A DNA stretch of 55,963 nucleotides from Streptosporangiaceae bacterium (GTDB taxonomy: Bacteria > Actinomycetota > Actinomycetes > Streptosporangiales > Streptosporangiaceae), in NCBI GenBank assembly GCA_050698735.1, contig JBOHCG010000001.1, positions 1 to 55,963 of the forward strand. The letters are read 5' to 3'. Of this stretch, positions 29,091 through 37,908 are shown piece after piece (position 1 is the first letter of the stretch; the number at the start of each line of letters is the position of its first letter). Both the position numbers and the translations under genes were made by a program. Under the pieces are notes generated by a model. That model did no database searches. It was not told the origin of the DNA and saw only the letters and a program-made list of their open reading frames with translations.

Positions 29091-29951
29091 TTGGAACCCG
29101 CATGGACCATGCCGACGACAGATAGCAGAGCAGCACCGGCAAACGGGCATGCCCGCCAGCCGCCCCAGGCCGGCCCGCTGCTCGACCTGCCCACCTATGA
29201 GCGCTTCATCGCCGACGGCATTAACGACGCCGACGCTCGCGGCATCCCGGTCGACCACGTCACCGCCCGGCGGCTGGCCATCTCGCTAGCCGCCCGCCCC
29301 CAATCTCCGGTCTTCGCCCGCAGCCTGGTCCAGTTCGTCAACACAGGAGCGATCAGCCAGGCGCTGCGAACCCAGCTGCGCATCCACGCCCGGTCCGGCA
29401 ACTACCCGGACCGGCCCCAGTCCGCCCGCCTCATGCACTACTGCGTCGCCCGCGGCGCCCAGACCGGCCCGGTCGGCGAGGACTTCGGCGCCACCTGCGA
29501 CCAGATCGACCGCGCCGACGTCATGCTCGCCGATCTACGCGAGCGGGCACGCAACGGCCTGTGCCCCCGTCAGCACGCCGAGCCGGAGGCCGACGGCCCG
29601 CAGGTGATCGCCCTAGCCCGCCGCGACCCCCAGGGCCGCACCATCAGCATCGTCATGGACGCCGCCACGGCCAACGTCGCCCTGTACGCCATCACCGCCC
29701 ACGCCCGGGAGCGGGAGGCACACCTCCGCGAGGTCGAGCGGTACGGCCAGACCCTCCCCGAAGACTCCTACGGCCGCGCCAACCGCCAGGCCATCGCCGC
29801 CCGCGAAGCCCGCCTCGCCGCCCGCCTGCGCGCCGTCGAACACGCCTACCGCACCACCCTCGACCGCGACGCCGCCCTCACCGCCTCCCAGCGTGCCCAG
29901 GCACTCAGCTTCAGCGACCACATGCCTGACTGGGAAATGGAGCCGGACTAA
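29091..29951 (+). CDS. Conserved hypothetical protein, paralog of 4567-5418
   Basis: Collinear similarity over the whole length to 4567-5418. The start may be the internal ATG a few codons in (MPTTDS...). Confidence 0.55.
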   Translation: MEPAWTMPTTDSRAAPANGHARQPPQAGPLLDLPTYERFIADGINDADARGIPVDHVTARRLAISLAARPQSPVFARSLVQFVNTGAISQALRTQLRIHARSGNYPDRPQSARLMHYCVARGAQTGPVGEDFGATCDQIDRADVMLADLRERARNGLCPRQHAEPEADGPQVIALARRDPQGRTISIVMDAATANVALYAITAHAREREAHLREVERYGQTLPEDSYGRANRQAIAAREARLAARLRAVEHAYRTTLDRDAALTASQRAQALSFSDHMPDWEMEPD

Positions 29952-29954
29952 AAG

Positions 29955-30290
29955 GGGCCGCAGCGCGCAGACGGCCCGCACTCGCGGCATTGCTCGTGTC
30001 TTACTTGCTCGCAGCCAGCCTGCAGTGCCCAAGCCAGCAGCATCGCGGGTGACGAGGAAGATCTCACTCCAGTGCCGATACGGGAGCAGCCGTGCCAGCG
30101 CGGCGAACCGCGCCCGGTGTCCGCTGGCTCACCGGACCTTGCCGACGGGCGGCGCAGGACCGCGCTTTCGTGCCGAGCACCAGCAACTCAGCATCCTTCG
30201 CACATGCCCCTGCTGAATAGCGGCACAACAAGACCGAGTATCCGGTGAACCAGCAGGTAGACGATCTTGAGCAGCACCTGGCACGCAATC
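29955..30290 (-). pseudogene. N-terminal remnant of an rve-type (integrase-core) transposase, multiply frameshifted
   Basis: VLLKIVYLLVHRILGLVV...AKDAELLVL...FAALARLLPYRHWSEIFLVT, read across three frames, matches the N-terminus of the transposase at 50465-51549 (MLLTIVYLLVRRVLGLAV..AKDAELLVLRHEN...). Confidence 0.5.
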
Positions 30291-30459
30291 GTCACAGCGC
30301 TGTCCCTGGCCGTTGGCGAACGCGCAGATCGACCATGCAATTGATTATTCGAGTGGCACAAGATGCAATGGAGTAAAGTCGAGTCAGTCCACACTTGCTG
30401 GCAAGGGGACTGTTGAAAGCATTCGTTCGGGAGACCCGGGTGTAGTCGGAATACTTCCG

Positions 30460-31686
30460 CTATCGCCGTCGGCTGGCTTCCCGGAGCAGTTCCCGGTGCT
30501 GGTGGAAGAGGTTCGCTTCGCGAGTCACTTTCATGCATTCGACGAGGTCCGCCGACATTGCCGCGTGGCCGGCGACCGTACGTGAGTGACGGTAGAGGGC
30601 GCGGAGCACCTGAACCCTGCGCAGCGGGGTCAAGTTGTCCAAGGTGGCGGCGGCTAGCCGCAGCCGTGCCGCAAGTTGGCTGGCTTTGCGCAAGCTCCGT
30701 GGCGAGGCGTGGGAAATGTAGATGTTCAGTAGCCGATATTCGGTAGCAACTTGTGCGATAGCGTTCGCAGTGGTGAGGCTGAGGGCGCGGTCTGCCATTG
30801 TTTCTGCCTGGTAGATGGACATTCGCGGAACGGACGCTAGCGCCGTCAGCTCCTGCTCCAGTAGCGACCGCGTCCAGACCTTCGGTTCGTACGAGCCTCG
30901 GAGGAATCCCGTGGCTTGGCGTATGGTGGCCAGAGCTTGGGCATTGAGACCGAGTGTATTGAGTGATACGGCTTCGGCGTGCATGGCGGTGACGCGGAGC
31001 TGAGCTGCCTCGTCGCGCTGCCGCTTGGGGATGTCGCCGCAGGACAATGCGACGAGAGCTCGCCGTGCGTGCCCGAGCGCCTGATCGTGTCGGTCCCACA
31101 CTTGTGCGGTGTCATGAAGGAACATGAGCGCTTGGGTGTATTCGACCGGCGTGCGCATCGGGTCGATGGCCTTGGCCAGCGGGGCCGCTAGGGACCATAC
31201 CCGCGCATACGCGGACCTGTTGGCGGCGGCATCCGGAGAACCCGCCGCGACTTGGTGAACGTCGCCGATCATCGTCAGCGCAGAGCGGGCGGCGTCCAAG
31301 GGCATGGTCGTGGGCGGCCCGTGCTGCTTCGCCGACGCCTTGGCCATGGCGATGTGATAGCGCAGGATGTCACGGCGTTCCGCCTCAGTGCACAGTTCGG
31401 CCGCGAGTTGGCTGGCGCGTTCTTCCGAAGGGGTCTTCAGGAACCGAAAAGTTTCGACGATCTCAAGATCCGGTCTCGTCAGTATGTCGGCCCAGTACGA
31501 CTCTCGCCGCCGTGTTCCCGCAGCGTGCAAGGGCTTCATCAGGAACGAGAGGTATGCCTCGGTCAGGCCGAGGGCCCGCGCGAGGTCTCGCTGCGACCCG
31601 TAATCACGCAGGTAGGCGCGGATCAGGTCCAAGTACATCTGACGGTGCAGAACTCGGAGCCGCAAGGTCTCCGCTGCGCTGCTCAT
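30460..31686 (-). CDS. HTH-containing helical (TPR-like?) protein of unknown function
   Basis: 408 aa. N-terminal YLDLIRAYLRDYGSQRDLARALGLTEAYLSFLM looks like an XRE-type HTH; the rest is alpha-helical. A truncated second copy lies at 43455-43700. Confidence 0.5.
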   Translation of the reverse strand: MSSAAETLRLRVLHRQMYLDLIRAYLRDYGSQRDLARALGLTEAYLSFLMKPLHAAGTRRRESYWADILTRPDLEIVETFRFLKTPSEERASQLAAELCTEAERRDILRYHIAMAKASAKQHGPPTTMPLDAARSALTMIGDVHQVAAGSPDAAANRSAYARVWSLAAPLAKAIDPMRTPVEYTQALMFLHDTAQVWDRHDQALGHARRALVALSCGDIPKRQRDEAAQLRVTAMHAEAVSLNTLGLNAQALATIRQATGFLRGSYEPKVWTRSLLEQELTALASVPRMSIYQAETMADRALSLTTANAIAQVATEYRLLNIYISHASPRSLRKASQLAARLRLAAATLDNLTPLRRVQVLRALYRHSRTVAGHAAMSADLVECMKVTREANLFHQHRELLREASRRR

Positions 31687-31903
31687 ATCGGACTGCCGGA
31701 TCTCGAACTCAGCACGATCTTAACCAGACTGCCGCTTCGAATCGCGTGACGCTGGATTCGACAGCTCATCACGTCAAGCGAGGGAGAGGACGATGGATCC
31801 GGACGGTTAGTAACATCGCGTGCCGCTGGTGTATACATGCCGGGGCCCGGCACCAGCGGTTGGATGGAGCGATAACCTCGCCGGATAGGCTCAGCCCGAA
31901 ACA

Positions 31904-32869
31904 TTAATAGGACCATCGCGCGCCGTAGGCCAAGCCAGTCCGGAGATATTCGTATCGCAGGCGAATATCACCCGCAGCATCGGGCCATACGAGCGCATCG
32001 GGTTCAGCGAAATCATCAACCATTCCGCGCGGCAGGCCGACCATATTCCAGACGCGCGTAGGCTGGGTGTCCGAGCTGAACCGGACGCGGAGATCAAACT
32101 CGTCACAGCGATGTAGCGGCTGAAAAGTATATCTGGGATTGAAAGGCTGATCGCCGGGAACCGTGATTGCCACGCCTACCTCGTGGGCCTCTCCGCGGTC
32201 AAGCGGGTGGGGAAATTGGATGAAATAGCGGAAGTAACTCGTAGAAGGCCGTTCGCAGTGCGCCAGCGATCCGCCGTAGATGACCTCGAACTCCGGCCTT
32301 TGCTTATGTTCACCATCAAGGTCGCTACCCTGTGGACCCGCGATCACAGGCCGAGGAATACTGGTCGAAATGACGAACTCCGTCAGGCCATCGACGTTCG
32401 CGACTACCGTGCGTTCCTCGATAGCGGTCGGCTGCTCTCCGTCGAGTCGCAGCAGTGTCCGGAGCCGGGCTAGGTACCAGCGTCTCGGCATGTACTCGCT
32501 ATCTTCCAAAGCCTGCGCACTCGCTGAGGCCTCGGCAAACCTGATCGCCTCATCGACACGACGTCTGGCGGTGCGTACGTCCCGCTCCAGCCTAGTCGCG
32601 AGCCAGCGCATCCGTTCGTCGAGGAACCTGTGCCGCGCGTCCTGATGGAGAGCCAAGGCCGCTGACAACGCCAATCCCAGGTCTTCCGGCAGGTTCCTGA
32701 CCAACTCATCGAGGAATGCGCGCAACCTGAGCCGGGCCTCCTCCTGACTAGCCAGCGGATCGATACCCGCCAGTGCCCGAAGGGACGGGCCCACACGCTC
32801 TTGCAGGTCACTGGTTATGATCCCACGCCCGCGGCGCAGGCGGCTCAACTCATTGCCAATTGCACCCAT
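31904..32869 (-). CDS. Hypothetical protein (321 aa), paralog of 43717-44889
   Basis: ATG at 32869 chosen from the alignment with the paralog (MGAIGNELSRLRRGRGI / MGALGDELSRLRRGRGI). Helical N-half, beta-rich C-half. No motif I recognise. Confidence 0.5.
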   Translation of the reverse strand: MGAIGNELSRLRRGRGIITSDLQERVGPSLRALAGIDPLASQEEARLRLRAFLDELVRNLPEDLGLALSAALALHQDARHRFLDERMRWLATRLERDVRTARRRVDEAIRFAEASASAQALEDSEYMPRRWYLARLRTLLRLDGEQPTAIEERTVVANVDGLTEFVISTSIPRPVIAGPQGSDLDGEHKQRPEFEVIYGGSLAHCERPSTSYFRYFIQFPHPLDRGEAHEVGVAITVPGDQPFNPRYTFQPLHRCDEFDLRVRFSSDTQPTRVWNMVGLPRGMVDDFAEPDALVWPDAAGDIRLRYEYLRTGLAYGARWSY

Positions 32870-33088
32870 GGCAGAGCTTCCGTTCCCCTCCAAGAGGGCC
32901 CACCAGTCACAGCATGGCATCGCCCGTCCTGGCCAGATTCTGTCACTTCGACCCCAAAATGTCCATCTTTTGACCATGAACAGCACGTCTTCGCGATGCG
33001 ATAATAGCTGCCAAGGTGGGGGTGCATGACACGCTTCATCGTCATGATCAACTAACCCTCCGGCATCGCTAGATGAGGGAGTCGGAGC

Positions 33089-33811
33089 ATGTCAAGCTTC
33101 CAGGAAGGCCGGGCGCAGGGAGAGAAGCTCGGCGGGATGATATTCATCTTCTTCCGCATCGCCTGGTTCTTTCTTAGGATCGCATGGTGGCTTAGCCAGT
33201 TCCTGATCTTCTCGCTTTTCGCAGGCATATTCGCACTCGTCAAGCTCGGTCGGCCAAAGCCAGATATCACTACGGGCTTTGGGCATTTTTCCGAGGATGG
33301 GACGCGGTGGCAGGATCAGCACACCGGTCAGTGGTACCCGATCAGTGAGGAGATCCGGGAACACTGTGTGATCGAGGCGAGCATGGGCGGCCTGGCCTGG
33401 CGGCGGAACGCGCTGTCGCGACTGGTAAAGCGCGGCGCGATCTATCGGTACACGTTTGCCGCGGTTAGCGACGCCAACGCGGGCAGGGCTGTTGAGCCTT
33501 TCGATCAGGAAGAATTCCTGAACGAAGCACGGCACAACATTACACTCGATCACCTCGACCCTGAATATGCGGCAAACGACCCTTACAATCTCAGCCAGAA
33601 CCGTGACGAGGCGGTCAGTGCACTGGACCATCTGGAGGGGCTTCTGACCAATAGGGGATGGGAGCGAGAAGATGATCCGTCGCCCAGCCATTGGTACGCT
33701 AGGAAATACGGCAGGCGCATATGCTGGGACGAGCCGATTCCCGCAGAGGCTGCAACAGCGGAAGCTACAGCCGATGCTCCTATCACGGACGGATCCCCGG
33801 CAACCACCTGA
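33089..33811 (+). CDS. Membrane protein of unknown function
   Basis: Two hydrophobic helices near the N-terminus (GGMIFIFFRIAWFFLRIAWWLSQFLIFSLFAGIFALV). Divergent from 31904-32869. A degenerate second copy starts at 45110. Confidence 0.45.
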   Translation: MSSFQEGRAQGEKLGGMIFIFFRIAWFFLRIAWWLSQFLIFSLFAGIFALVKLGRPKPDITTGFGHFSEDGTRWQDQHTGQWYPISEEIREHCVIEASMGGLAWRRNALSRLVKRGAIYRYTFAAVSDANAGRAVEPFDQEEFLNEARHNITLDHLDPEYAANDPYNLSQNRDEAVSALDHLEGLLTNRGWEREDDPSPSHWYARKYGRRICWDEPIPAEAATAEATADAPITDGSPATT

Positions 33812-34224
33812 GGCGCCGGTAACTGAATAGGTCTGCGTTTATCTGTAGTCCATGCGGTGCGCTGGGTAGCCGCTCACGACGAATAGGTCGCCGACACAAC
33901 ACTCGCTCCAGTCTTTTTGCCCGTTCTTCCAGCCCTTCCCGAACTCAGGCATGAACTCGCGCGGAAGGTTTGCCGCCCGGGCAGATTCCGGGAACGGCTC
34001 CAGGTAATCCGGGTATGCACGCAGATCGGTCGCGAAATTCTGTGGATCTTGCGCGAAGCTACACCGCACCAAGCACCTGACCAAGATGCCTGACGAGAAG
34101 ACGGTACAGGCAGCTGGTGTTTTAAAGGTCCATTAGTCAGTTAGAATAGTCTCACGCAACGAACTCGAGCCGCCGGGCTGCCCATTGGTGTCGGCGTGCT
34201 CTACCAGCCGAGACGTGAGACGAC

Positions 34225-34833
34225 ATGAACGAGCAAACCCTCTTCCCGCTCGCCGCCGTCCGAGGAGCGGACCCGGCACGCACTGGCGGGCTTCCCGTGG
34301 CCGCCGACGAGGCGTTTTCTTCCGCGGCGAGGATCCCGCTCGATGCGGACTCGTGGGTCGACTACGTCCCGGGCTGGCTCTCCGGTGACCGCGAGCTGAT
34401 GGCAGTGCTACTGGAGCAGGTGGTGACCGAACCGCGGCTCACCGCCGAGTACTCCGTCATCGCCGACGCTCCGCAGCCCGTCCTGCGGTACCTGGCACAG
34501 GTACTGTCAGCGCACTACGGGAAGTCCTACACACGCCTGTGGATGAACTGGTACCGGGACAACAACGACGGCACCGACTGGCACGCCGATCGCCCGGCTA
34601 ACCAGTTGGACGAGGCAGTGATCCCGGTCCTCAGTCTGGGGGCGTCCCGCCGCTTCCTCATCCGGCGGACCGGCGGCCCCGGGGTGAGCAAGGCGATCAA
34701 GGTGCACGGCGGCGACCTGGTTGTCATGGGCGGCCGCTGCCAGAAGGACTACGAGCACACGGTCCCCAAGCAGAAGCAGTCAGCCGGCACCCGGCTCAGC
34801 CTCAACTTCTCAACCGTCGTGCCGCCGAGGTGA
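34225..34833 (+). CDS. AlkB-like Fe(II)/2OG dioxygenase
   Basis: WMNWYRDNNDGTDWHADRP (HxD), GDLVVMGGRCQKDYEHTVPK (distal His) and TRLSLNF (Arg) give the AlkB/2OG-FeII_Oxy_2 pattern. Confidence 0.7.
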   Translation: MNEQTLFPLAAVRGADPARTGGLPVAADEAFSSAARIPLDADSWVDYVPGWLSGDRELMAVLLEQVVTEPRLTAEYSVIADAPQPVLRYLAQVLSAHYGKSYTRLWMNWYRDNNDGTDWHADRPANQLDEAVIPVLSLGASRRFLIRRTGGPGVSKAIKVHGGDLVVMGGRCQKDYEHTVPKQKQSAGTRLSLNFSTVVPPR

Positions 34834-34835
34834 CG

Positions 34836-34985
34836 GTGCCGACGAGAGAGATTCCGCCACTCCCAGGGGGAGCAGCAACCCGGGACCGCATCGTCCAGAC
34901 GGCGGCCGATCTCATGTATATGAAGGGCGTGCACGCCACCACCCTGGACGACGTCTGGGCGGCCACAGGCACCAGCAAGTCCTAA
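34836..34985 (+). pseudogene. N-terminal HTH fragment of a TetR-family regulator, cut after ~49 codons
   Basis: GTG 34836...TRDRIVQTAADLMYMKGVHATTLDDVWAATGTSKS-stop. This is the canonical TetR HTH, but the ligand-binding domain is absent. The break coincides with the start of the 250-bp repeat at 34992. Confidence 0.55.
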
Positions 34986-34991
34986 TTGAGA

Positions 34992-35241
34992 GCCCATAAG
35001 TTTGATCCACCTCGCCCCGGCGAGGCTGAGACCTTTGTGTATTTGCGGTGATCATTTGAGGCTATGTTGGCCTTTGTCGAGGAGGGGTCGGTTACTCTAC
35101 CTCCCGGATCGACTATCAAAGTCTAATGTCCACCTGATTAGGCTGCCGAGCCGGTCTCCTCGACGCGGCGGATGGCGGCCCTGGAGCGTGGCCGGGCGCG
35201 GGCAGGCTAACGGGGTGCGGATGCACCCTGCCGTGATGTGC
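34992..35241 (+). repeat. 250-bp direct repeat, copy 1 (3' end of a DUF4254-like gene plus downstream sequence)
   Basis: About 85% identical by eye to 42200-42448. It reads AHKFDPPRPGEAETFVYLR-stop-SFEAMLAFVEEGSVTLPPGSTIKV, against the intact C-terminus AYKFDPPRPGATETFVHLRRSFEAMLALVEEGSVTLPPASTIKDYCPTD in copy 2. Confidence 0.7.
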
Positions 35242-35270
35242 CGCCGCGCCCCGGGGCACACCCCGTTAGC
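35206..35270. terminator. Long-loop inverted repeat downstream of the oxygenase gene
   Basis: GCTAACGGGGTG (35206-35217) pairs perfectly with CACCCCGTTAGC (35259-35270) across a 41-nt loop. It lies 36 nt past the stop of 35306-36340. There is no clear U-tract, so its function is uncertain. Confidence 0.3.
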
Positions 35271-35305
35271 GCCGGTCTTTGTCAATCTCGACTTTAAGTG
35301 CAGAC

Positions 35306-36340
35306 TTAAACGGGAGCATCTCCTGGCTCACTGCGAACCATATATGGGACGCCGTCAACAAAGTGCGGAGAATGCGGACCTCTTGAGTCGACGTTCATCG
35401 TCTTGATCAACCAACGAGTCGCGAGTTGTCCAAGATCTACAACTTCGCTGACCTCTCTGTTGTGCACACAATAGTTGTTGCATATGATCACGAAGTCTCC
35501 CGGCTGGATGTCGAGGCCTCGCTTCACCGCATGGATGGTATTCACGACGTCACGGAGCACGCATTCTGCCTCGGCGTCCAGGCCTTCGGTCCTATTCTCG
35601 GATATGCGAAGACCCCAGGCGGCACTCACCAGCGAATGGACTGGTGGTTCAAGGGGCGTTTGAAATCGGGCTTGCCGCGCCACTGCGAGCGTCGTCGCAT
35701 CCAGTCTGGCGATCACGTCCTTGTTGCTCGCGAACGTGGTGTAGACGGCGTTTGCGCCACCGGAGCGCATTCCGAGCATGTATAGGTAATCGGGTCGGAC
35801 AAAGTGATTTGCTAGATCTCTGTGGAAAGGAATTGGTCCGAGCGTCTTTTGAGGCAGGCTGTCTGCCAAGCCGCGCTTTGGGTAGATGTCATGGAAGACA
35901 TCGCCGTCATTGGCGTTTTGGTACGAAATCCCTGGTGTTCCGGCCAGTTCGGCGTAGAGGGTCAGGAAGCCCTCGGCCACGAACGTTGTTTTCAACGCGC
36001 GCTTCGATAGTACCGGTTCGTCATGATCGAATACTGGTAGCGACAGGTCAATTGGGGTGTTCTTTATCAAACCCGTCGGATTGTCTACAACTGACTGGGC
36101 TCGTCGATGGGTCACGTACTCGCGAAGCCGGGACGGAGTGGCGACGGATTGCGTAATCTTGCGGATTTCGGCGCAGAAGTCTTCATAGCAGCGATATGGA
36201 TTGGCCTTCACTGCTTCAAGAGAATCAACGAGATTGTCGCGTTCCTGGTCGTCCATGATCAAGTCGACCTGCAGCGATGGAATATCGGGCTCTGACACCG
36301 CGCACCCCGGGTAATAGGTTCTGTAGTTGCTATGCGCCAA
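35306..36340 (-). CDS. Clavaminate-synthase/TauD-like Fe(II)/2OG oxygenase (amino-acid/peptide hydroxylase type)
   Basis: 344 aa with a TTG start. GPIPFHRDLANH (HxD) and a distal NNYCVHNRE (His+Arg), with spacing like the AsnO/VioC/CAS-type enzymes. Lower GC than the surroundings. Confidence 0.6.
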   Translation of the reverse strand: MAHSNYRTYYPGCAVSEPDIPSLQVDLIMDDQERDNLVDSLEAVKANPYRCYEDFCAEIRKITQSVATPSRLREYVTHRRAQSVVDNPTGLIKNTPIDLSLPVFDHDEPVLSKRALKTTFVAEGFLTLYAELAGTPGISYQNANDGDVFHDIYPKRGLADSLPQKTLGPIPFHRDLANHFVRPDYLYMLGMRSGGANAVYTTFASNKDVIARLDATTLAVARQARFQTPLEPPVHSLVSAAWGLRISENRTEGLDAEAECVLRDVVNTIHAVKRGLDIQPGDFVIICNNYCVHNREVSEVVDLGQLATRWLIKTMNVDSRGPHSPHFVDGVPYMVRSEPGDAPV

Positions 36341-36784
36341 CAGTACAGCGGTTCTCCAAGTTTTAGCTAGGTTCTAACTTAGCTCGGCTCATGAGTACAG
36401 AGGGCTGGGGACCTTGGTCTTGAACTCGTCCGGGTTGGTGACGCTGGCGGGCCTCACCCGCTTGTGCTTGATGTTCTTCCAGGCCCATCTCGTGCCGTGA
36501 CCCTTGCAGCGGTGCGCTCGGCCAGCATGACCGTCTCGGGGTCAGCGCGTAGAGGTAGCGCAGCAGGTCCCGCACCTGGTCGAAGGTCTGGTCCAGGAGA
36601 ATTGGCTACGGTAGGTCGAGGACGGGGTGCTCAATGCTGGGGTATTCGCGGCGTACGAGGTTGATCCTGCGACAAGCAGGACGCCCACCGGCAGATCACG
36701 CTGAGCCGCAACCGACGCACGCCCGCTCACGATCCATCGCCCGCCAAGATCAATAACAACGGCTTCAAGATCACAGTACAGCCG

Positions 36785-37302
36785 TTACGAAGGGTCGGGA
36801 GTGGCGCGGTGACTCGCTGGTTTTAGGGCCTTAGGCCTTCGTGGCCGCCGGTTTCCCGCTTGCTTGCGCCATCCCAGTGCGTGTCCTTGGCGGGGTCTGC
36901 CCGTTGTCCAGTCCCGCCGGCCTTGAACCGTGCGGTTTTCCGCACACGGCTCACCGGCGCCGTTCACTGTCGGAATTCTGCCTTCCCCCGCTGTCCCGGA
37001 AGGGCCTGGGGGTCGACGACGATTTCCGACAAGACAGCAAGTCCGAGCTGGTCCGGGGACTGGAAGGCGGCGACCGACTAGCCGAACTCCCGTGACCGGC
37101 GGTTGCGCTTGCTGATGAATAGCGCAAGCCTCACCTGCGCGTACCTCATGATCTTCCCGATGCGCGTAGCAGAGTTGCCGAACCGAAGTAAGCGGCCCAG
37201 CCGCCCGGGAACCGGATCAGGTCCTTCGCGGTCCACTTCGGGTCCAGCAGCAGCCGGGGACCTGCGGGCCAATTCCCTGCTCCAGTCGCGGCCGTGCTGC
37301 AT
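36785..37302 (-). pseudogene. C-terminal remnant of a group II intron reverse transcriptase/maturase
   Basis: LLRFGNSATRIGKIMRYAQVRLALFISKRNRRSREFG matches the maturase X-domain pattern YFR.GN....F...D.Y...RL..F..KR..R. Downstream frames are broken. No RT domain is present. Confidence 0.45.
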
Positions 37303-37405
37303 GGCTTTGTCCGCGGGTCAGCTAGTGAAGCTAGACAGCGAGTGGAATCTTTGGGAGAATACACGTATCTCGGCACGTACAGCCCTTTTGGGAGGGGAGA
37401 ACCAG

Positions 37406-37612
37406 ATGCCAACAAGCACACCGACAGGCCTCTCAGAGCGCGTAGCTCGTTTGCGAGCAGGCCTGTCATCTTCCGCTGAAGGTCATGACACGCTCTCGAA
37501 TATCTCTGCTACGGGCAGCGTCGAGGCTGACCAGTCGATCGGGGCCACGTGGCCGCAGGGCTGGGGGCAGGGCTGGGGGCAATACGCTGGCTACGAGGGT
37601 GATTTCGAGTAA
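37406..37612 (+). CDS. RiPP precursor peptide candidate (68 aa) with a C-terminal W-x-Q / Gly-rich repeat core
   Basis: ATG at 37406, 5 nt after GGGAGGGGAGA. Sequence MPTSTPTGLSERVARLRAGLSSSAEGHDTLSNISATGSVEADQSIGATWPQGWGQGWGQYAGYEGDFE. There is a 12-bp tandem repeat, GGCTGGGGGCAG / GGCTGGGGGCAA. It lies immediately upstream of the rSAM/SPASM gene. Confidence 0.65.
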   Translation: MPTSTPTGLSERVARLRAGLSSSAEGHDTLSNISATGSVEADQSIGATWPQGWGQGWGQYAGYEGDFE

Positions 37613-37908
37613 GACGACCCGAGTTGGGCGTGTTTGCCAGAGGCCTCGATTCGAAGACTTGCAAGAGTCTTGGATAGGCGGTCTGGAAGGCGTGCTTCGG
37701 CGCTGCCTCGTTGCGGTCGTGGCGCCGAAGCGAGACGGGCATCCCATTGTCGGCGGGCCGATGTTAGTATCGGCTTGGTTTTGTCGATATTTGGAAAGCT
37801 CGCTATATAAGCTTGACCAGCGCACCCACGCATTAGGCGATCTCCGGACCTACAGAGATCTTCTCTATGTCTTTACTGGCAGATTCCTTAGCCTAGAAGG
37901 GAAGGCTG

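Noticed and set aside
33839-34084. An 81-aa minus-strand ORF between the membrane-protein gene and the AlkB-like gene.
   Set aside because: It has only a TTG start, no RBS, no paralog in the second module copy and no recognisable motif. It may be real or a gene remnant, but it cannot be supported.
36363-36730. Small ORFs here were examined as possible additional precursor peptides or a leader peptidase.
   Set aside because: There are no Trp/Gly-repeat or Cys/Ser/Thr-rich cores and no RBSs. The frames look like broken pieces of a larger degraded gene.
37103-37405. The longer 169-aa version of the precursor ORF, starting at 37103.
   Set aside because: The upstream part overlaps the intron-maturase remnant region and has no RBS. 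The internal ATG at 37406 has a strong GGGAGGGGAGA RBS and gives a typical precursor length.
37654-37671. A hairpin (AAGACT-TGCAAG-AGTCTT) after the precursor gene, considered as an attenuator or terminator.
   Set aside because: The stem is only 6 bp and AT-rich, with no U-tract. That is too weak to call from sequence alone.
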